A stretch of DNA of 64,000 nt from Auanema rhodensis. Lineage: Eukaryota > Animalia > Nematoda. The notes under the pieces are model-generated. The model saw only the letters and a list, made by a program, of their open reading frames with translations. It made no database searches and had not been told where the DNA came from. How positions within the stretch are numbered: the first letter of the stretch is position 1; each line of letters starts with the position of its first letter. The stretch covers positions 3,472,001 through 3,536,000 of the forward strand of contig OZ059894.1 in NCBI GenBank assembly GCA_964057225.1, read 5' to 3'. Made by a program: the position numbers and the translations under genes. Shown here piece after piece: positions 11,769 to 23,700 of the stretch.

Positions 11769-11775
11769 AGTGGTT

Positions 11776-14700
11776 TCGAATGCACTATACCACATTAAGA
11801 AACGCTCAATACAAGACTTAGTTATGATCGTTTGAAAAATGATGCATTAGTGTATGTTGAGTTTCCATGTACACTCAACATTGCTTCCAAAAACATTTTG
11901 ACAAAAATTTTTTCGAAAAATTTCGAAATAATTTAGCAAAAAGTAGATGTTTTTAGATTCCTTTTTTCAAGGCAAAGACGATGGACAATGTTATTCAACG
12001 AAAAAATTAATTCTTCAGGGTGAAAATCGAGGATATAAGTGTGAACTTATATCAGTTGATATCTCGGTGCATTTTTAAGCTAGCGCAAATCTGATAACAC
12101 AGATCGACGCAGCTTGAAAATCTGCATCGAATGCACTATACTACATTGAGAAACGCTTAATACAAAAATTAGTTATGATCGTTTGAAAAATGATGCATTA
12201 GTGTATGTTGAGTTTCCATGTACACTCAACATTGCTTCCAAAAACATTTTGACAAAAATTTTTTCGAAAAATTTCAGAATAATTTAGCGAAAAGTAGATG
12301 TTTTTAGATTCCTTTTTTCAAGGCAAAGACGATGGACAATGTTATTCAACGAAAAAATTAATTCTTCAGGGTGAAAATCGAGGATATAAGTGTGAACTTA
12401 TATCAGTTGATATCTCGGTGCATTTTTAAGCTAGCGCAAATCTGATAACACAGATCGACGCAGCTTGAAAATCCGCATCGAATGCACTATACTACATTGA
12501 AAAACGCTTAATACAAAAATTAGTTATGATCGTTTGAAAAATGATGCATTAGTGTATGTTGAGTTTCCATGTACACTCAACATTGCTTCCAAAAACATTT
12601 TGACAAAAATTTTTTCGAAAAATTTCGAAATAATTTAGCAAAAAGTAGATGTTTTTAGATTCCTTTTTTCAAGACAAAGACGATGGACAATGTTATTCAA
12701 CGAAAAAATTAATTCTTCAGGGTGAAAATCGAGGATATAAGTGTGAACTTATATCAGTTGATATCTCGGTGCATTTTTAAGCTAGCGCAAATCTGATAAC
12801 ACAGATCGACGCAGCTTGAAAATCTGCATCGAATGCACTATACTACATTGAGAAACGCTTAATACAAAAATTAGTTATGATCGTTTGAAAAATGATGCAT
12901 TAGTGTATGTTGAGTTTCCATGTACACTCAACATTGCTTCCAAAAACATTTTGACAAAAATTTTTTCGAAAAATTTCAGAATAATTTAGCGAAAAGTAGA
13001 TGTTTTTAGATTCCTTTTTTCAAGGCAAAGACGATGGACAATGTTATTCAACGAAAAAATTAATTCTTCAGGGTGAAAATCGAGGATATAAGTGTGAACT
13101 TATATCAGTTGATATCTCGGTGCATTTTTAAGCTAGCGCAAATCTGATAACACAGATCGACGCAGCTTAAAAATCCGCATCGAATGCACTATACTACATT
13201 GAAAAACGCTTAATACAAAAATTAGTTATGATCGTTTGAAAAATGATGCATTAGTGTATGTTGAGTTTCCATGTACACTCAACATTGCTTCCAAAAACAT
13301 TTTGACAAAAATTTTTTCGAAAAATTTCAAAATAATTTAGCGAAAGTAGATGTTTTTAGATTCCTTTTTTCAAGGCAAAGACGATGGACAATGTTATTCA
13401 ACGAAAAAATTAATTCTTCAGGGTGAAAATCGAGGATATAAGTGTGAACTTATATCAGTTGATATCTCGGTGCATTTTTAAGCTAGCGCAAATCTGATAA
13501 CACAGATCGACGCAGCTTAAAAATCCGCATCGAATGCACTATACTACATTGAAAAACGCTTAATACAAAAATTAGTTATGATCGTTTGAAAAATGATGCA
13601 TTAGTGTATGTTGAGTTTCCATGTACACTCAACATTGCTTCCAAAAACATTTTGACAAAAATTTTTTCGAAAAATTTCAAAATAATTTAGCGAAAAGTAG
13701 ATGTTTTTAGATTCCTTTTTTCAAGGCAAAGACGATGGACAATGTTATTCAACGAAAAAATTAATTCTTCAGGGTGAAAATCGAGGATATAAGTGTGAAC
13801 TTATATCAGTTGATATCTCGGTGCATTTTTAAGCTAGCGCAAATCTGATAACACAGATCGACGCAGCTTGAAAATCCGCATCGAATGCACTATACTACAT
13901 TGAAAAACGCTTAATACAAAAATTAGTTATGATCGTTTGAAAAATAATGCATTAGTGTATGTTGAGTTTCCATGTACACTCAACATTGCTTCCAAAAACA
14001 TTTTGACAAAAATTTTTTCGAAAAATTTCAAAATAATTTAGCGAAAAGTAGATGTTTTTAGATTCCTTTTTTCAAGGCAAAGACGATGGACAATGTTATT
14101 CAACAAAAAAATTAATTCTTCAGGGTGAAAATCAAGGATATAAGTGTGAACTTATATCAGTTGAAATCTCGGTGCATTTTTAAGCTAGCGCAAATCTGAT
14201 AACACAGATCGACGCAGGTTGAAAATCCGCATCGAATGCACTTTACTACATTGAAAAACGCTCAATACAAAAATTAGTTATGATCGTTTGAAAAATGATG
14301 CATTAGTGTATGTTGAGTTTCCATGTACACTCAACATTGCTTCCAAAAACATTTTGACAAAAATTTTTTCGAAAAATTTCAAAATAATTTAGCGAAAAGT
14401 AGATGTTTTTAGATTCCTTTTTTCAAGGCAAAGACGATGGACAATGTTATTCAACAAAAAAATTAATTCTTCAGGGTGAAAATCAAGGATATAAGTGTGA
14501 ACTTATATCAGTTGAAATCTCGGTGCATTTTTAAGCTAGCGCAAATCTGATAACACAGATCGACGCAGCTTAAAAATCCGCATCGAATGCACTATACTAC
14601 ATTAAAAAACGCTTAATACAAAAATTAGTTATGATCGTTTGAAAAATGATGCATTAGTGTATGTTGAGTTTCCATGTACACTCAACATTGCTTCCAAAAA

Positions 14701-17700
14701 CATTTTTACAAAAATTTTTTCGAAAAATTTCAAAATAATTTAGCGAAAAGTAGATGTTTTTAGATTCCTTTTTTCAAGGCAAAGACGATGGACAATGTTA
14801 TTCAACGAAAAAATTAATTCTTCAGGGTGAAAATCGAGGATATAAGTGTGAACTTATATCAGTTGATATCTCGGTGCATTTTTAAGCTAGCGCAAATCTG
14901 ATAACACAGATCGACGCAGCTTAAAAATCCGCATCGAATGCACTATACTACATTGAAAAACGCTTAATACAAAAATTAGTTATGATCGTTTGAAAAATGA
15001 TGCATTAGTGTATGTTGAGTTTCCATGTACACTCAACATTGCTTCCAAAAACATTTTTACAAAAATTTTCCCGGAAAATTTCAAAATAATTTCACGAAAA
15101 GTAGATGTTTTTAGATTCCTTTTTTCAAGGCGAAGACGATGGACAATGTTATTCAGCGAAAAAATTAACTCTTCAGGGTGAAAATCGAGGATATAAGTGT
15201 GAACCGATATCAGTTGATATCTCGGTGCATTCTAAAGCTAGCGCAATTTTGATAACACAGATCGACGCAGCTCAAAAATCCGCATTGAATGCACTATACT
15301 TCATTGAGAAACGCTCAATACAAAAATTAGTTATGATCGTTTGAAAAATGATGCATTAGTGTATATTGAGTTTCCATGTACACTCAACATTGCTTCCAAA
15401 AACATTTTGACAAAAATTTTTTCGAAAAATTTCAAAATAGTTTAGCAAAAAGTAGATGTTTTTAGATTCCTTTTTTCAAGGCAAAAACGATGGACAATGT
15501 TATTCAACGAAAAAAGTAAATCTTCAGGGTGAAAATCGAGGATATAAGTGTGAACATATATCAGTTGATATCTCGGTGCATTTTTAAGCTAGCGCAAATC
15601 TGATAACACAGATCGACGCAGCTCAAAAATCTACATCGAATGCACTATACTTCATTAAGAAATGCTCAATACAAAAATTAGTTATGATCGTTTGGAAAGT
15701 GATGCATTACTGTATGTTGAGTTTCAATGTACACTCAACATTGCTTTCAAAAACATTTTGACAAAAATTTTCCCGAAAAATTTCGAAATAATTTCACGAA
15801 AAGTAGATGTTTTTAGATTTCTTTTTTCGAGGCGAAGATGATGGACAATGTTATTCAGCGAATGACAAAAATTTTTTCGAAAAATTTCAAAATAATTTAG
15901 CAAAAAGTAGATGTTTTTAGATTCCCTTTTTCAAGGCAAAGACGATGGACGATGTTATTCAACAAAAAAATTAATTTTTCAGGGTGAAAATCGAGGATAT
16001 AAGTGTGAACTTATATCAGTTGATATCTCGGTGCATTTTTAAGCTAGCGCAAATCTGATAACACAGATCGATGCAGCTTAAAAATCCGCATCGAATGCAC
16101 TATACTACATTGAGAAACGCTCAATACAAAAATTAGTTATGATCGTTTGAAAAATGATGCATTAGTGTATGTTGAGTTTCCAAGGCAAAGACGATGGACA
16201 ATGTTATTCAACGAAAAAATTAATTCTTCAGGGTGAAAATCGAGGATATAAGTGTGAACTTATATCAGTTGATATCTCGGTGCATTTTTAAGCTAGCGCA
16301 AATCTGATAACACAGATCGACGCAGCTTAAAAATCCGCATCGAATGCACTATACTACATTGAGAAACGCTTAATACAAAAATTAGTTATGATCGTTTGAA
16401 AAATGATGCATTAGTGTATGTTGAGTTTCCATGTACACTCAACATTGCTTCCAAAAACATTTTGACAAAAATTTTTTCGAAAAATTTCAAAATAATTTAG
16501 CAAAAAGTAGATGTTTTCAGATTTTTTTTTTCAAGGCAAAGACGATGGACAATGTTATTCAACGAAAAAATTAATTCTTCAGGGTGAAAATCGAGGATAT
16601 AAGTGTGAACTTATATCAGTTGATATCTCGGTGCATTTTTAAGCTAGCGCAAATCTGATAACACAGATCGACGCAGCTTAAAAATCCGCATCGAATGCAC
16701 TATACTACATTGAGAAACGCTCAATACAAAAATTAGTTATGATCGTTTGAAAAATGATGCATTAGTGTATGTTGAGTTTCCATGTACACTCAACATTGCT
16801 TCCAAAAACATTTTGACAAAAATTTTTTCGAAAAATTTCAAAATAATTTAGCAAAAAGTAGATGTTTTTAGATTCCTTTTTTCAAGGCAAAGACGATGGA
16901 CATTGTTATTCAACGAAAAAATTAATTCTTCAGGGTGAAAATCGAGGATATAAGTGTGAACTTATATCAGTTGATATCTCGGTGCATTTTTAAGCTAGCG
17001 CAAATCTGATAAAACAGATCGACGCAGCTTAAAAATCCGCATCGAATGCACTATACTACATTGAGAAACGCTCAATACAAAAATTAGTTATGATCGTTTG
17101 AAAAATGATGCATTAGTGTATGTTGAGTTTCCATGTACACTCAACATTGCTTCCAAAAACATTTTGACAAAAATTTTTTCGAAAAATTTCAAAATAATTT
17201 AGCAAAAAGTAGATGTTTTTAGATTCCTTTTTTCAAGGCAAAGACGATGGACATTGTTATTCAACGAAAAAATTAATTCTTCAGGGTGAAAATCGAGGAT
17301 ATAAGTGTGAACATATATCAGTTGATATCTCGGTGCATTTTTAAGCTAGCGCAAATCTGATAACACAGATCGATGCAGCTTAAAAATCCGCATAGAATGC
17401 ACTATACTACATTGAGAAACGCTTAATACAAAAATTAGTTATGATCGTTTGAAAAATGATGCATTAGTGTATGTTGAGTTTCCATGTACACTCAACATTG
17501 CTTCCAAAAACATTTTGACAAAAATTTTTTCGAAAAATTTCAAAATAATTTAGCAAAAAGTAGATGTTTTTAGATTCCTTTTTTCAAGGCAAAGACGATG
17601 GACATTGTTATTCAACGAAAAAATTAATTCTTCAGGGTGAAAATCGAGGATATAAGTGTGAACTTATATCAGTTGATATCTCGGTGCATTTTTAAGCTAG

Positions 17701-20700
17701 CGCAAATCTGATAACACAGACCGACGCAGCTTAAAAATCCGCATCGAATGCACTATACTACATTGAGAAACGCTCAATACAAAAATTAGTTATGATCGTT
17801 TGAAAAATGATGCATTAGTGTATGTTGAGTTTCCATGTACAATCAACATTGCTTCCAAAAACATTTTGACAAAAATTTTTTTGAAAAATTTCAAAATAAT
17901 TTAGCAAAAAGTAGATGTTTTTAGATTCCTTTTTTCAAGGCAAAGACGATGGACGATGTTATTCAACGAAAAAATTAATTCTTCAGGGTCAAAATCGAGG
18001 ATATAAGTGTGAACTTATATCAGTTGATATCTCGGTGCATTTTTAAGCTAGCGCAAATCTGATAACACAGATCGACGCAGCTTAAAAATCCGCATCGAAT
18101 GCACTATACTACATTGAGAAACGCTTAATACAAAAATTAGTTATGATCGTTTGAAAAATGATGCATTAGTGTATGTTGAGTTTCCATGTACACTCAACAT
18201 TGCTTCCAAAAACATTTTGACAAAAATTTTTTCGAAAAATTTCAAAATAATTTAGCAAAAAGTAGATGTTTTTAGATTCCTTTTTTCAAGGCAAAGACGA
18301 TGGACGATGTTATTCAACGAAAAAATTAATTCTTCAGGGTCAAAATCGAGGATATAAGTGTGAACTTATATCAGTTGATATCTCGGTGCATTTTTCAGCT
18401 AGCGCAAATCTGATAACACAGATCGACGCAGCTTAAAAATCCGCATCGAATGCACTATACTACATTGAGAAACGCTCAATACAAAAATTAGTTATGATCG
18501 TTTGAAAAATGATGCATTAGTGTATGTTGAGTTTCCATGTACACTCAACATTGCTTCCAAAAACATTTTGACAAAAATTTTTTCGAAAAATTTCAAAATA
18601 ATTTAGCAAAAAGTAGATGTTTTCAGATTTTTTTTTTTAAGGCAAAGACGATGGACAATGTTATTCAACGAAAAAATTAATTCTTCAGGGTGAAAATCGA
18701 GGATATAAGTGTGAACTTATATCAGTTGATATCTCGGTGCATTTTTAAGCTAGCGCAAATCTGATAACACAGATCGACGCAGCTTAAAAATCCGCATCGA
18801 ATGCACTATACTACATTGAGAAACGCTCAATACAAAAATTAGTTATGATCGTTTGAAAAATGATGCATTAGTGTATGTTGAGTTTCCATGTACACTCAAC
18901 ATTGCTTCCAAAAACATTTTGACAAAAATTTTTTCGAAAAATTTCAAAATAATTTAGCAAAAAGTAGATGTTTTCAGATTTTTTTTTTTAAGGCAAAGAC
19001 GATGGACAATGTTATTCAACGAAAAAATTAATTCTTCAGGGTGAAAATCGAGGATATAAGTGTGAACTTATATCAGTTGATATCTCGGTGCATTTTTAAG
19101 CTAGCGCAAATCTGATAACACAGATCGACGCAGCTTAAAAATCCGCATCGAATGCACTATACTACATTGAGAAACGCTCAATACAAAAATTAGTTATGAT
19201 CGTTTGAAAAATGATGCATTAGTGTATGTTGAGTTTCCATGTACACTCAACATTGCTTCCAAAAACATTTTGACAAAAATTTTTTCGAAAAATTTCAAAA
19301 TAATTTAGCAAAAAGTAGATGTTTTTAGATTCCTTTTTTCAAGGCAAAGACGATGGACATTGTTATTCAACGAAAAAATTAATTCTTCAGGGTGAAAATC
19401 GAGGATATAAGTGTGAACATATATCAGTTGATATCTCGGTGCATTTTTAAGCTAGCGCAAATCTGATAACACAGATCGATGCAGCTTAAAAATCCGCATA
19501 GAATGCACTATACTACATTGAGAAACGCTTAATACAAAAATTAGTTATGATCGTTTGAAAAATGATGCATTAGTGTATGTTGAGTTTCCATGTACACTCA
19601 ACATTGCTTCCAAAAACATTTTGACAAAAATTTTTTCGAAAAATTTCAAAATAATTTAGCAAAAAGTAGATGTTTTTAGATTCCTTTTTTCAAGGCAAAG
19701 ACGATGGACATTGTTATTCAACGAAAAAATTAATTCTTCAGGGTGAAAATCGAGGATATAAGTGTGAACTTATATCAGTTGATATCTCGGTGCATTTTTA
19801 AGCTAGCGCAAATCTGATAACACAGACCGACGCAGCTTAAAAATCCGCATCGAATGCACTATACTACATTGAGAAACGCTCAATACAAAAATTAGTTATG
19901 ATCGTTTGAAAAATGATGCATTAGTGTATGTTGAGTTTCCATGTACAATCAACATTGCTTCCAAAAACATTTTGACAAAAATTTTTTTGAAAAATTTCAA
20001 AATAATTTAGCAAAAAGTAGATGTTTTTAGATTCCTTTTTTCAAGGCAAAGACGATGGACGATGTTATTCAACGAAAAAATTAATTCTTCAGGGTCAAAA
20101 TCGAGGATATAAGTGTGAACTTATATCAGTTGATATCTCGGTGCATTTTTCAGCTAGCGCAAATCTGATAACACAGATCGACGCAGCTTAAAAATCCGCA
20201 TCGAATGCACTATACTACATTGAGAAACGCTCAATACAAAAATTAGTTATGATCGTTTGAAAAATGATGCATTAGTGTATGTTGAGTTTCCATGTACACT
20301 CAACATTGCTTCCAAAAACATTTTGACAAAAATTTTTTCGAAAAATTTCAAAATAATTTAGCAAAAAGTAGATGTTTTCAGATTTTTTTTTTTAAGGCAA
20401 AGACGATGGACAATGTTATTCAACGAAAAAATTAATTCTTCAGGGTGAAAATCGAGGATATAAGTGTGAACTTATATCAGTTGATATCTCGGTGCATTTT
20501 TAAGCTAGCGCAAATCTGATAACACAGATCGACGCAGCTTAAAAATCCGCATCGAATGCACTATACTACATTGAGAAACGCTCAATACAAAAATTAGTTA
20601 TGATCGTTTGAAAAATGATGCATTAGTGTATGTTGAGTTTCCATGTACACTCAACATTGCTTCCAAAAACATTTTGACAAAAATTTTTTCGAAAAATTTC

Positions 20701-23700
20701 AAAATAATTTAGCAAAAAGTAGATGTTTTCAGATTTTTTTTTTTAAGGCAAAGACGATGGACAATGTTATTCAACGAAAAAATTAATTCTTCAGGGTGAA
20801 AATCGAGGATATAAGTGTGAACTTATATCAGTTGATATCTCGGTGCATTTTTAAGCTAGCGCAAATCTGATAACACAGATCGACGCAGCTTAAAAATCCG
20901 CATCGAATGCACTATACTACATTGAGAAACGCTCAATACAAAAATTAGTTATGATCGTTTGAAAAATGATGCATTAGTGTATGTTGAGTTTCCATGTACA
21001 CTCAACATTGCTTCCAAAAACATTTTGACAAAAATTTTTTCGAAAAATTTCAAAATAATTTAGCAAAAAGTAGATGTTTTTAGATTCCTTTTTTCAAGGC
21101 AAAGACGATGGACGATGTTATTCAACGAAAAAATTAATTCTTCAGGGTCAAAATCGAGGATATAAGTGTGAACTTATATCAGTTGATATCTCGGTGCATT
21201 TTTCAGCTAGCGCAAATCTGATAACACAGATCGACGCAGCTTAAAAATCCGCATCGAATGCACTATACTACATTGAGAAACGCTCAATACAAAAATTAGT
21301 TATGATCGTTTGAAAAATGATGCATTAGTGTATGTTGAGTTTCCATGTACACTCAACATTGCTTCCAAAAACATTTTGACAAAAATTTTTTCGAAAAATT
21401 TCAAAATAATTTAGCAAAAAGTAGATGTTTTCAGATTTTTTTTTTTAAGGCAAAGACGATGGACAATGTTATTCAACGAAAAAATTAATTCTTCAGGGTG
21501 AAAATCGAGGATATAAGTGTGAACTTATATCAGTTGATATCTCGGTGCATTTTTAAGCTAGCGCAAATCTGATAACACAGATCGATGCAGCTTAAAAATC
21601 CGCATCGAATGCACTATACTACATTGAGAAACGCTTAATACAAAAATTAGTTATGATCGTTTGAAAAATGATGCATTAGTGTATGTTGAGTTTCCATGTA
21701 CACTCAACATTGCTTCCAAAAACATTTTGACAAAAATTTTTTCGAAAAATTTCAAAATAATTTAGCAAAAAGTAGATGTTTTTAGATTCCTTTTTTCAAG
21801 GCAAAGACGATGGACATTGTTATTCAACGAAAAAATTAATTCTTCAGGGTGAAAATCGAGGATATAAGTGTGAACTTATATCAGTTGATATCTCGGTGCA
21901 TTTTTAAGCTAGCGCAAATCTGATAACACAGATCGATGCAGCTTAAAAATCCGCATCGAATGCACTATACTACATTGAGAAACGCTTAATACAAAAATTA
22001 GTTATGATCGTTTGAAAAATGATGCATTAGTGTATGTTGAGTTTCCATGTACACTCAACATTGCTTCCAAAAACATTTTGACAAAAATTTTTTCGAAAAA
22101 TTTCAAAATAATTTAGCAAAAAGTAGATGTTTTTAGATTCCTTTTTTCAAGGCAAAGACGATGGACATTGTTATTCAACGAAAAAATTAATTCTTCAGGG
22201 TGAAAATCGAGGATATAAGTGTGAACATATATCAGTTGATATCTCGGTGCATTTTTAAGCTAGCGCAAATCTGATAACACAGATCGATGCAGCTTAAAAA
22301 TCCGCATCGAATGCACTATACTACATTGAGAAACGCTTAATACAAAAATTAGTTATGATCGTTTGAAAAATGATGCATTAGTGTATGTTGAGTTTCCATG
22401 TACACTCAACATTGCTTCCAAAAACATTTTGACAAAAATTTTTTCGAAAAATTTCAAAATAATTTAGCAAAAAGTAGATGTTTTTAGATTCCTTTTTTCA
22501 AGGCAAAGACGATGGACGATGTTATTCAACGAAAAAATTAATTCTTCAGGGTCAAAATCGAGGATATAAGTGTGAACTTATATCAGTTGATATCTCGGTG
22601 CATTTTTAAGCTAGCGCAAATCTGATAACAAAGATCGACGCAGCTTAAAAATCCGCATCGAATGCACTATACTACATTGAGAAACGCTCAATACAAAAAT
22701 TAGTTATGATCGTTTGAAAAATGATGCATTAGTGTATGTTGAGTTTCCATGTACACTCAACATTGCTTCCAAAAACATTTTGACAAAAATTTGTTCGAAA
22801 AATTTCAAAATAATTTAGCAAAAAGTAGATGTTTTTAGATTCCTTTTTTCAAGGCAAAGACGATGGACATTGTTATTCAACGAAAAAATTAATTCTTCAG
22901 GGTGAAAATCGAGGATATAAGTGTGAACATATATCAGTTGATATCTCGGTGCATTTTTAAGCTAGCGCAAATCTGATAACACAGATCGACGCAGCTTAAA
23001 AATCCGCATCGAATGCACTATACTACATTGAGAAACGCTTAATACAAAAATTAGTTATGATCGTTTGAAAAATGATGCATTAGTGTATGTTGAGTTTCCA
23101 TGTACACTCAACATTGCTTCCAAAAACATTTTGACAAAAATTTGTTCGAAAAATTTCAAAATAATTTAGCAAAAAGTAGATGTTTTTAGATTCCTTTTTT
23201 CAAGGCAAAGACGATGGACGATGTTATTCAACGAAAAAATTAATTCTTCAGGGTCAAAATCGAGGATATAAGTGTGAACTTATATCAGTTGATATCTCGG
23301 TGCATTTTTAAGCTAGCGCAAATCTGATAACACAGATCGACGCAGCTTAAAAATCCGCATCGAATGCACTATACTACATTGAGAAACGCTCAATACAAAA
23401 ATTAGTTATGATCGTTTGAAAAATGATGCATTAGTGTATGTTGAGTTTCCATGTACACTCAACATTGCTTCCAAAAACATTTTGACAAAAATTTGTTCGA
23501 AAAATTTCAAAATAATTTAGCAAAAAGTAGATGTTTTTAGATTCCTTTTTTCAAGGCAAAGACGATGGACGATGTTATTCAACGAAAAAATTAATTCTTC
23601 AGGGTCAAAATCGAGGATATAAGTGTGAACTTATATCAGTTGATATCTCGGTGCATTTTTAAGCTAGCGCAAATCTGATAACACAGATCGACGCAGCTTA

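Larger units (their letters stand above)
2124..11775 (+). repeat. SatA: tandem array of ~31 monomers of two types (292 bp and 319 bp), apparently derived from a histone H2B 5' region
   Basis: The HindIII marker aagcttctaacc recurs at 2536, 2820, 3139, 3431, 3750, 4069, 4361 ... 11375, 11666, with spacings of 292 or 319 (also 284, 293 and 291). Each unit contains atgccacccaagccatccgccaagggagct or a close variant. Confidence 0.97.

Noticed and set aside
11911-11930. CENP-B-box-like TTCG...A..CG in SatB
   Set aside because: The spacing is off by one and the CGGG end is absent. It is just an A/T-tract palindrome.
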